Origin: Tubiluchus corallicola | Lineage: Eukaryota > Animalia > Priapulida | Length of the DNA stretch: 53,246 bases | Direction of reading: 5' to 3' | Assembly (NCBI GenBank): GCA_030141605.1 | Contig: JAQGDQ010001235.1 | Span: 1 to 53,246, forward strand | Notes under the pieces: model-generated | Seen by the model: the letters and a program-made list of their open reading frames with translations, nothing else | Database searches by the model: none | What the model was told of the DNA's origin: nothing | Made by a program: the position numbers and the translations under genes | Shown here: piece after piece, positions 31,801-43,800 of the stretch | How positions within the stretch are numbered: position 1 is the stretch's first letter | Layout: the number at the start of each line of letters is the position of its first letter

Positions 31801-34800
31801 ACAAACAGGAATGTAATTCGTTGACAGTGCAGTGTATGCAGGGATGAGAATTCCGAGTTTTTAGAAGACCAGTAGTGCCATTTTTGTAAATCGCATAAAT
31901 TCGTTGAAAATTTTTTTACAGACCCAGTAGTACATGATTTCACAAGCTGACCGCTAGTTGGCAGGCCGTCACTTTGTTTACATCACGTACATCAGTGTAA
32001 CCACATGTATATCTCTATGTATAAAAATATAGAATCAATTGTGCGGAGTTATTTGAGTCAATTGCAGACAGTTTTTATATACTTTTGCATAGGAGCTGTC
32101 AGTACTTAGGCATTGTTGAGACAATTAGGTATCATGTATCCTTGATAGTTGGGTATTTTAAATTATGCATGAAACAAGGTAATTGATATTTTAATTTCAG
32201 TTAGAGGTTCTATACGGTCACAAAATTGCAATTTGTTGCTGGCTCCAAGGGGGCCTACATGTCCCCCAAAACCCCGTTTTTTTCAGAGGTTTTTGCAATT
32301 TGTCATTCTCATCCCTGTGTATGTTGTTTTGATGTGGAGTTAATTTTTTGCAGGATAAATTGCCAGTGACAACAATTCATCATGGTCATAGTCCTCTGAG
32401 AGCTGGTGTTCCCGCACTTGCCAACCCCTCCGTGCAGCGGACCATTTCTGCCAGTCCTCGCAGCGTCGCTAACCCTCCGGTTTACGTGCCGCCGGCGAAA
32501 AAGATCAAGATGGACCCCGAACTTGTCGAAGATGTGGAGAAGTTGAAACGTTTTGTTGCCGACTACAAAACCAAAGAGTTAAAGAGGATAAAGAAGCTGT
32601 TTAACGAACATTTGGTGGAACTGTTCTACCTACAAACCGGTGGGAACATGATGGACTATTTTGCAGCGAAAAAGAAGCCGTCTCCGCAGCTGTTGACCTT
32701 TTTAAAAACAAATAAACTGGACAGTGATGACGAAGACGATTTCTTGGGTGCAGAGGCAAAAGCTTCAGCGCAGTCAAAGACGTCATCAGATGCAGCGCAT
32801 ATGAAAGGGCATCGGTTATCCGGCCACCATGGTAAATTTATTTTATCATATCTTGGAGTTTAAAGGCAGCACATTGTGGGCGACTTTGCATGCGTTAAAG
32901 CGAGATACTAGTTTTTCAGATTATCTGTTAAATGTGAACAATGTTTCTTTTTACATATTTAGTGTCAAAAAAGTCTTGAAAATTGTGTATAGCTAGGGTT
33001 ACCATATTGTCTGAGTTGAAAAAGAGGACCACATGTCCAGCATTCGGCTTCCCAGTAATATCGACCTGCGCGAAAACACGGGTACTTGGCGTTCATTTCA
33101 TCTGTAAATGCACATTGCTGTTTCTGCCTTGCTACTTTCTAATTAACTTTTACCAGTTGCTGAAAACAGCGAAACTATACAAATTTATAGAAATTCACAT
33201 AAAAACAAACAAAATGGCTCCCGGAAGCTGACGTCATTTTAAGTCTTTAGCGAATACACCGAGTATCGACAGCGGTGTGAGTCATGTGACCCATAGTGAT
33301 GTGTGCATCGCTTACTTTTGTTCAGTAATTATGTACACAAAGCTTTTACAAGGGTTGCATTTTGAGATGTTAGCAACATCTTGTATTGAAAATTAACGAG
33401 CTTTTCTTTGTCTGGTGCTGTCATACGCCTCTGCAGTTGGCAACGTCCGTACATACTTACGGATTGAGGCAAAACCCGGACAAACTGCCGATTTTTGGAA
33501 AACCCGCCTGGACAGAGGCCCAAAAGAGGATGTGTCCAGGGAAACCCGGACGTATAGTAACTCTATGTTGTAATGTGGGGCGGATCTCACAATCAAGTAT
33601 GAGCAATCAGCGCTCTTATTGTTTGGTAGCGTGTGTCATACTACTCAGTTTTTACTCAATATATTTCTTGAACACAAAACGTGAAACTAATTTTATGCAG
33701 TTTTTATGATAAGATAAGCCTTTAATATTCATAAATGTTGATAATATAAAATTAGTTCAAACCAAATGACAGCAGTTAATTTGTACCCGGGTACACCATT
33801 TCAATAAACATGTGTTGCTACACTACTCAAAATTTACTGACCGGTAATACTTTCAGAATGCTACAAACAATACCCAAAAATTACTTTTGGCTTACGAAAG
33901 AAAATAATCTAATAGTTCACCAATGTTTGTTAATAGTATGTCCATAAAGTAAAGCTCCATCCACACGAGGTTTATATGTAAGCTATCAGCACTTTTCAAC
34001 TGCGTCTTAGTTTTACCAGCCACTGCCAGTCGAAGCAAGTATCGTTGTACAAAAGGAAGCAACAGGCTGTGGCCTAGTAGTTAAACAAAAGAAACGAGAA
34101 TTTATCACTTACAGTCTCTGCATCAATGAAAGTATACGTCAGCAATACTTATCGGCGGTAGCACGACGACGAAGGTGGCGGATCCACAACATCGGTGTGC
34201 AACACCTGGGTGTTTAGAGCATAGCTGAACTGCGAAGTCATAAGCAGATGGGAGTCATTCCCGGAAGCGTTCTGCGTTGGTAGCCCGGTAGTTTGGTTAT
34301 CGCGTCAGATGTCACAATGTAACTCGATGTAAACAAATGGTGAACAGGGCTTAATACTAGAACTGCCCAAATAGTCACTAACACGTAGTTGGAACATTCA
34401 CTAAACATTAGCGTTAGGTAGAGCCAGCTAAAGTTGCACGATTTATATGCAAAGAGGCAAAACATATGTTAAAAAAACTGTCCAGCATTATATCTGCCCG
34501 CAAGTCTCTCTTGCCAAGAGCCACGTCGTTCTCTCCACATCTGTGTGAAAAGACCTCTAAAGCCGGTTGTCTAATAGTCTGGCTTCAATAACACTATAGC
34601 AGGATAACCCGTATTTGCATATCCGTTCGACGAGTTTACCCTAGATTTGACCTATGCGCATAACTAAAGTGTAACACCTGGTTTATACATTGAACAGCTA
34701 TAAACAACAATTTTATACAGCCCGAACTAAGTTACGTATACTACCGTAAAGTTTACATTGGCCAGAAAAACATATCTCATTCTACAACGATACAACGAAG

Positions 34801-37800
34801 TTAAGTTAGTAATAACTAAATCTAGTTACAAATACAAAGATATATGCTAAGCTGGTCGTTACATATGTATAGCTATTAGTTTAAGACTAACGTGGTTACT
34901 TGTTCGTAGGTGGAGTTGCTTCACGACTGCATGATGGCCGTGCTTTGCATAAGGTAAGTGAACAATATTTTTAATGACACTTGTTTATTCTTGAAGTCTC
35001 TTTCGATTTTTGTTTCCAACAAATTCACTTTTTTTGCTAAACTAATGACTTAACAACTTTATTAATGAACTGAAACTCTCTATTAGTTTATTCGTGTGAG
35101 CTTAATCAAATCAAATCATTTATTGTTTTTCCCACATACAACATCGATTAAAGCTTAGCAGCATAATTATAATAGCCAATCAAATGGGAAGGGGTGGCGA
35201 AGAACATGCGTCATCGTATCAGCCGCCCCATCTCGGTTCTGTTATAAATATTTCGCATGCAGTGCAGACGATAACTGATCAAAAATAATGAAATATTGAA
35301 TTATGTAGTTGTTTACATTTATATAACATAAAAGAAAAACGCCAAAAACGAAATTTCGCATTCTAAATGAGCAAAAAGAAAAAGAAATAATAAAGAAATG
35401 CATTGTACTAGCATGCTAAATATAGCATAATATGCATGTAACTGGAATTTAAGGAATTTTAGTAATAACTCTGTAATACGCAATAACAAGAAAACATGCA
35501 TTTTATGAACGTATTAAAGGTACGTAAAACAAAATTCATGCAAAATCGTAACAAAGTATAAATGCAATAATGTTAAGCTAATATTATAATTATAAAAATC
35601 CAAGAATATCATCATTACCATTTACATGCTAACAATCTCTATTAGTTTGTTTGTGTGAGCTCTATTCCTTTGATGTGAGTTTGCATCTCGTTTTTTTCTA
35701 GAGTCCTAGTAAGTCACCTGCCACACCCACGGCTGCATCTCTGGCTCAAGCGGTTCAGGCTCATTTAAAAGCTACGCTGACACCGCATCAACGTTTGGTT
35801 TCCAAACATTCCATTTCGGCCGTTTATGATAAAACTATCGGCTCCGAGGAAGAGATAGTCGAGCGAGCAAAGCGAGTAAGTGCTCGTGCATTCTCTTACA
35901 TTGCTCTCTCATTTGCATTCTTGTCATGGCCTGAGAAATTTTTTGCCCATATTTTGCCATTAACAGGGATGAGAATTTTCCGCAGATACCCAGAATTCCG
36001 AGTTTTTGGAAGACCAGTAGTGCTATTTTTGTAAATTGCGTAAATTCGTAGAGAAAATTTTTACGGACCCAGTACATTTTTTCACAAGCTGACCGTTAGT
36101 TGGCAGGCCGTCACTTTGTTTACATCACATACATCATATCTCTATGTATAAAAATATAGAATCAATTGTGCGGAGTTATTTGAGTCAATTGCAGACAGTT
36201 TTTATATACTTTTGCATAGGAGCGGCCAGTACTTAGACATTTTTGAGACAATTAGGTATCATGTATCCTTGATAGTTGGGTATTTTAAATTATGCATGAA
36301 ACAAGGTAATTGATATTTTAACTCCACTTAGAGGCTCTCTAAGTCACTTGGTCACAAAATTGCAATTTCAACCCCATTGGGGGCCTAGGTAGCCCCCGAA
36401 ACCCCTCTCCTGCTTCAGAGTTTTTTGCAATTTGTCATTCTCATCCCTGCATTAAGCTGTCACATTTTCTTTTAACGTGAATGTGATTCGTGCCCTGCTA
36501 TCTAACTAACAAGCTCCTCAATGACTTTGTTTCTCCAAGTAATGTTGTTCTTACAACACGAACAATGATATCTCAGGCTCTCAGATTAAAATTAGTGTAC
36601 AGGTATGTACAGTGATTTATTTAGGTTGAGAATGGTGTATAGTAAATGTATTTGGCATAATGATTTGCCAGTTTTCAACCACCTGTTAAAACTTTGGTTG
36701 TGCTTTGTAAATTAACTACAGCAGGCGCCGCTTAATAGACTCACTTTGGGACCGACGTGTTTTGACCCAATTAACCGACTGAACCTATTAACCGATGGGT
36801 GTAGTATTACTGGTACAGAAGTATGAGTCATCAGCTTACTATGCACTGCAACATTTTAATGAATTTTATAAATGGGCAAAGCAAACCATTAGGCTAGCAT
36901 ATTAGCATATGATAAATGTTCCTGCTTATAAACAAAACAGTACTTAACATGATTGTTTCTACGTATATTATAGGACAAAAGCGATCTAAGATGATATAAA
37001 AGTGATGAAAGCTTATTAGTCGTATGAAAGTGTCTTATTGAAGCATGCGAAGCAAAAATATTGAGTCAATTATGCGGAGTTATTTGAATCAATTACCAAT
37101 AGTTTTTATGTAAATTTGAATAGAAGCGGCCCGTTCCAGGTGTTTTTGAGTCAATTAAGTAGTTTGAATCTATTAACCGTGAGTCTATTAAGTGGCGACT
37201 ACTGTATATAGTTATCCGTTGGATTGAAAATTGTTCTTGTTAAATTAATTTTATTGATAATTTAAACTAATTTTGTGATCAATGGATCTTATTAATTTTA
37301 AAGTTAAAACTCCTGATGAGTGTTTGTTTTCCAAAATGGTTTGTAACTTTAGCTAAAAAAAATTCACTCGATGTTTCAATGATATTTTTTATTCAAAGTC
37401 TTGGGGTAACTACTTAATTTTTCAGGCTGGAGGGCTTCTTTTAGTGCGCAACTAAATCAGTGTAATACAAAGCTTCGCCTTCCCTTTTTACTTAATTCTT
37501 TGTGAAATTAATTGCCACTTTTCACATGTGAAAATTTATTACGTTCAGTTTTCTTATTGTTATTTCGTGTTTACTAATTTTTGTCGACAGGAGGCGCATG
37601 TTATGCAACGTATTGCCGAGCTGCGTAAGCAAGGTCTCTGGTCGGCTAAACGCTTGCCCAAGGTCCAGGACAAGCCGAGGGCTAAGGCTCACTGGGATTA
37701 CCTCTTGGAGGAGATGGAGTGGATGTCCACAGACTTTACGCAAGAGCGCAAGTTCAAGATTGCTAGCTGTCGTAAGGTGAGCTTAGTTATGCAGTATAAA

Positions 37801-40800
37801 AATTCAGTCAGTGGTCCAGCACTGTTTAAGATTGCTAGCTGTCGTAAGGTGTGGTTAGTTATGCAGTATAAAAATTCAGTCAGTGATCCACCACTGTTTA
37901 AGATTGCTAGCTGTCGTAAGGTGTGGTTAGTTATGCAGTATAAAAATTCAGTCAATGGTCCAGCACTGTTTAAGATTGCTAGCTGTCGTAAGGTGTGGTT
38001 AGTTATGCAGTATAAAAATTCAGTCAGTGGTCCACCACTGTTTAAGATTGCTAGCTGTCGTAAGGTGTGGTTAGTTATGCAGTATAAAAATTCGTTCAGT
38101 GATCCACCACTGTTTAAGATTGCTAGCTGTCGTAAGGTGTGGTTAGTTATGCAGTATAGAAATTCAGTCAATGGTCCACCACTGTTTAAGATTGCTAGCT
38201 GTCGTAAGGTGTGGTTAGTTATGCAGTATAAAAATTCAGTCAGTGGTCCAGCACTGTTTAAGATTGCTAGCTGTCGTAAGGTGTGGTTAGTTATGCAGTA
38301 TAAAAATTCAGTCAGTGGTCCAGCACTGTTTAAGATTGCTAGCTGTCGTAAGGTGTGGTTAGTTATGCAGTATAAAAATTCAGTCAGTGGTCCAGCACTG
38401 TTTAAGATTGCTAGCTGTCGTAAGGTGTGGTTAGTTATGCAGTATAAAAATTCAGTCAATGGTCCACCACTGTTTAAGATTGCTAGCTGTCGTAAGGTGT
38501 GGTTAGTTATGCAGTATAAAAATTCAGTCAATGGTCCACCACTGTTTAAGATTGCTAGCTGTCGTAAGGTGAGGTTAGTTATGCAGTATAAAAATTCAGT
38601 CAATAGTCCAGCACTGTTTATTTGCCTGATTAGTTTTGCATTACTGAGTTGGAAACAGTCGTACGGATTTGCATTTTTTCTAATGCATTATAATTGCTGG
38701 GTGGTGGGACAGATTGCAAAATTGAAAAGTTTTGACTCGTTGACTTCTTACGTCTTTGTGTGAATTCTAATATCAGCACACGCTTTATATGAGAACTTTC
38801 AGATCATTTTCACGGGTCGGTAGAGGTGTTAGTATTATCGTGTATATTAATTTCGCTGGTATGTTATTTTTATATATATATATATAAGATTCGAGGCTAC
38901 AGCGTCGACGACGGCACCATTTGCGGTGATCTATACGTCAAACAAAAGGTCTCGATGTAGTGTCGTGCCATTGGGTGTTTATTTTTCGATTCGGGTCCAC
39001 TGGGACGAACGGGGGGGGGGCGAAAAACCTAAAAACAATTGCCATTTTTCGGTCGTTTTTTTGCAAAATTGTACCTCTTATTTCTGAAGAACGGGAATGG
39101 GCCATGGGTTGTGCTGGCTATGGATAGATAGCCCGTTCAGCGGTGGGTGTAGTAGGCGTGTTTAGAATTCGCGAGAGGGCCACGGCATCCCGTAACGGAT
39201 GTTTTCCCGGACCCAACTCGCGATTTTTTCAAAATTTTGACCAAACAGCATGCGGATAAACGTTCTAGCGGGCGCTTAGTGTGATTCTTGAAAGGAGATA
39301 TATAGCTCTTTAGAAAGAGGAAGAACAGGGCTACACGATGATGTGGACTGCATTTTAGGACGCTTCCTTCCTCAGGAGCTGTGATGAGTTGATTGCAGGT
39401 TCCATTTTGCACGATTTTCGCTTGGAAAACTGCTGACCCAAAGCCATTGTTCTGACGTCATCCATTATACTCTGCTTATAATCTTATAACTTTAATTCAG
39501 TAAAAGCTGCTACTGGCTTTGCGTTGTAAATGAGGACTATGTAGGATGTTCGCGTATTTTTGATTATAAGTGCATTTATACGCAAAATTTTTTGCGGGGC
39601 CTTTGCTAGTTATAATTATTATTAAAAAAAATTTAGTAGAAGAGAAATGTGACTAGTTTGAATTGTTTACAATTTTAAACTGCAAATACAGTTTAGTGGT
39701 ATAGTGGTAAACATACTTAACTTGTTGAATACTTGCTTTATGAAATCTGAGCAGTTTTTCTAGGTGGTAGAGTATTAATGATGTTATTGTAATTGTTATT
39801 AGCTTGCAAACGCTGTGATGCGATATCACAAGGAGCAGCAAGAAAAACAGCGGAAGACCGAGCGAGAAGAGCAGCAGAGAGTACGACGATTAGCGGCAAG
39901 CATCGCGCGGGAAGTCAAACAGTTCTGGTCCAACATTGAGAAGGTATCGTCCTGATTTCTGTCTTTTTACTATGCCTTATCGTCCCCGTCAAAGTGTTAT
40001 AGGGTTACCGATTTCTCTGTTTTTCTTCTTGAAGTATTTCCTGCTTCTTGTTTAGTACAACTTATGGCCACTAGGACATTGACTTAGTAATTGCTTGTAC
40101 CAAGCGGTACCTCATGAATGCCACCTAGTTGCAAAACCTTTTTTTTTGGTGTTAAAAAAAAGTAATCGGGCAGTCACTATGTAAACACTCTGTCTTTCAT
40201 ACACTCTGTCTCTGGTGAAGCAGGTTTTAAACTCCTTCAGAGTTTGGGCTAATTGGAAAAGGTTATCTCTTATCGTTCATATCTCTTGTCAAAGTGTTAT
40301 TGTTGGAACAGTGAAAACAGAAAAGCGATTTATCTTAAAATAAACAGACTTGAACTCTAAACCTGCAATTCAGTGTGTTTTAATCAACACCATGTATCAC
40401 AAAACCATCGTGGAGGAGAACCGTTATAAAGGAACATAATAAGAAGAGTAACACCTCCTGTGCACAGATTTCAAAACACGAGTATGTTACATTTCCGGTT
40501 TCATTTTGTATTTGTTTGACGTGACAAATCCTGGTACGTATTGAAAATGAAATGTTTCTCAAGTGGCAGTTTGTATATTTCAGGTTGTACAGTACAAGCA
40601 GCAAACGCGCATTGACGAGAAACGCAAGAAGGCTTTAGATTTTCAGCTCAATTTCATTGTTGATACGACAGAGAAGTATTCATCTTGGCTGTCACAGAGT
40701 TTAAACCAGCAAGAGGATAGCACTGCGGGCAGTGTGAAGTCTGTAGGATCAAGTCCATCAGCTAGTTTGCAAGATGGTGGGTATACTTGGTGTCGTGAAG

Positions 40801-43800
40801 CTCATGATTTCTTGATCTTATTTTTATTAATTATTAGTTTGTAATTATTATTGCATTCTCTTGTTAAAATTTTGAATTAAAATCCCATACAAGAAATTTC
40901 AGCTATAAAACTAGTTTATTGCTCTGTATACAGTCTAAATAGCATTTACCTTCATTGAATTACTGGCTTCCTTGCTTCATGGAAAAACTTACCTGTAAGC
41001 ATGTGACTTGACAGAGAGCAGAGAGAGAGGGGGGGGAGGGGGGCAATGTATGGTATCACTACTGATTCAGAAAATAAAGTTTATGAGATATAAAAACAAA
41101 CTCACCTGTATTCTACTTTATTTATCAGTGTCTTGGCACTTACCTTTAGAAATTTCTTCATTCTTTATTATTCATCTTGTTTGCTAGTTTATTTGCAGTG
41201 CACTTTTCTGTCTTGAAAATGTTTGAATGGAAATTATCGAATTTCCGTTGAAGGAAAACCGGATGATTGTTCATACGCAGTCTGATTTTAATTTCCTGTC
41301 CAAAATATACGTTTTCTTGTCTATAAAAGTTAACAATTGTTCCTTATATTTGAATAGTTAGCTTAGAAAGTTAATTAACGGCAACCGAACACGACTATTG
41401 CTTACATCAGAAACTAACCGCAGTTTGTGCAATAGCAGGCGTCTTCCCTTGCGCGTCAAGCACGTTTGTGTAAGTGTTACTGTACTGATTAAATGCATGA
41501 TGTCATGAAAAATGGGCTCTACATCATTTGACGTCATGAAACTAACACAGCAGTTTATGATTTGTCGGCCGTGCGAATGTGACAAAAAGGCACAGCTGCC
41601 AATCTTAGTAGATTCACTGAGTCGCGCGTAGCTTTGAAAGTTGAACGAAATCTGAGTATCCGAGGTAATTATTATTTAATCTAAGCTTTGATTCAAAAAA
41701 AGCTATTGTAGTTTTTAATATTTTAGAGCCTTCTTTATTCTGAACTATTGCTTATGCAGTCATCCGGTTTTAAAGGTGCTTATTATTCTTGTTCGGTTAG
41801 CAATGAGCGGCCAGCCATCTTCATTTGATTCTGGTTCTCGGTTCTGAGTTGTTTAAGAAATGTTCTGTGTATAAACTGATAGGCCATATTGCCGCATTCT
41901 GGTCAAAAGGGCTGAGCATTCTCAAGCAGAAAGATAGGCCATATTGCCGCATTCTGGTCAGAAGGGTTGAGCATTCTCCTGCAGAAAGATAGGCCATGTT
42001 GCCGCATTCTGGTCAGAAGGGTTCAGCATTGTCTAGCAGAAAGATAGGCCATATTGCCGCATTCTGGTCAGAAGGGTTGAGCGTTCTCTAGCAGAAAGCA
42101 GATTCAAGTCGAATCGCATTTGAGTATTTCGAATTCGATTCGAACTCCTTTTGTAAGATTTTCGAACAAATCTTTGAACCACGAGTAAGAAGCTGTCTTA
42201 CAGAGATTATGCATATTATTCGATTTTGTTCTACAGTAAAATCACTAAAATTTATTTCAAAATTGTGCACAAAAATCTCGGGTAAATTATGCTAATTGCA
42301 TGACGTTTCAATTGTTCTAATGATAAGAAATGTATGCGACTGAAGTGCTGAGTTATTCGAATTTATAATTTTAGGTTCGAATCGAATTTGAACATTCGAT
42401 GCTCTCCCCTATTGCTCATTATGTTTCAGTATGCTATTACCACTACTAATCTGTAGTCACTTTTGAAAAACGAAAGACTGACTTGACTAAAATGAAAGAC
42501 TTTTGAATTGGCTAAAAAAAAGCGCTTCTTTTTACTTGACGCAGACGAAGAGTTTCGTCCCGGTTCTGAATCTGACGACGAGGAAACGATTGCTCTAGCC
42601 GAAGAGGAGCAGCAGGGGGAGGACGAAGCCGAGGAGGTGAACCTGCTGCAGAAGGAGAGCGAGATGCCGCTGGAAGAGTTGTTGAAGAACCTCCCATCCG
42701 ACGTGCTGGATCACGTCGGGAGTCCCTTACCCGCAAAGGAGAGTACGTACGAGGTGAGACGGTTTTTCATTTTGAGCGGGGGGGGGGACCAAGTGTCGGA
42801 AACGTGCTAACACAGACAGAAGAGACAATTTGATGTTTGGGTTGTTGCTTGTAACAAACCACTTTAAGATGTTGCTAAACTAACACCTAGAAAGTATCAT
42901 TGTTTCCAGTGAATTCAATTCAAAGGTTTTATTCATCTCTAATATAATATTTATAGCGCAAATACAACAAATTGTGTGTAGAGATGGGGTGGCGAAAGAC
43001 CAGGAGGTCATTGAGTCAGCCACCCCTATATAACTTAGGAATATTATAAAGCACGGCAGACTACATGGTCATCGTGTCAGCCACCCCTGTATAACTTAGG
43101 AATATTATAAAGCACGGCAGACTACATGGTTAAGTGAATAAATACGTGGTTAGATCTTAAGTGTAGCAAACAAACAAGATGCAAAGCAGTTATATTATCA
43201 TTATACCAATGGAAAAAAGCTAGCAAATAATGCAATTAAAAATTAAAACAACAACTGAACAAGTCAAGAATGCAACATGAATGACACGAATATCACTAGG
43301 ATTTGAATAAGCCGTATGTTTTGCTATTGTTTGAGTTGTCGATTTTGTTTCTCGTTAAATCTCAATTTGCGTGTAGCGTAAATAACCGTAACTAATGGAG
43401 AAAGTGATTGGCAACACCGTCAGAGATGCCCAAAATTATGACTGGGAGAAGTAATGAAAGTAAACGTAGTCGAATTCAAGCCAGCGTTAGACTACATGAT
43501 ACATTAATGACTTCTATTTGATACAATAATGATAAAGGAAAGAGAGACGTGTGGGGATTTGCAGCAGTACGAGAACGAAGTGGAGGAAAATTTGAAAAAA
43601 TAGGGACAACCAACTGCTGCAAACTCTCGTGACAGTGCGTTGACTACTTGAGCTGGAGAGACCTAATTGTTTTGTAACTGAATTTGCAGGAAACTAGTAA
43701 AGAAGAGGGTTCAAAACCAGCTGCATCTGCCGCCGGTGATGCTGCTGTTGCTGCGGCAACGGGTGAAGACGACGGGGGCGAGTTTCGAGCCAGTGACGAA

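Noticed and set aside
33960-34800. GC-richer intronic stretch as a possible nested gene or transposase remnant
   Set aside because: No sustained ORF or recognisable motif in the frames I read; a translated homology search would be needed.
37313-37345. Other CTGATGA/CTGAAGA sites as hammerheads (also ~7829 and ~45929)
   Set aside because: They lack a proper stem II followed by GAAA and a closing stem I.
37698-38603. 301-aa minus-strand ORF with 24-aa repeats
   Set aside because: Antisense reading of the 72-bp tandem array; a stop-free unit repeated 12 times gives a long ORF automatically.
37528-38763. 411-aa ORF as a stand-alone repeat protein
   Set aside because: It is one SRCAP exon (37591-37776) plus read-through into the repeat array; no independent start context.
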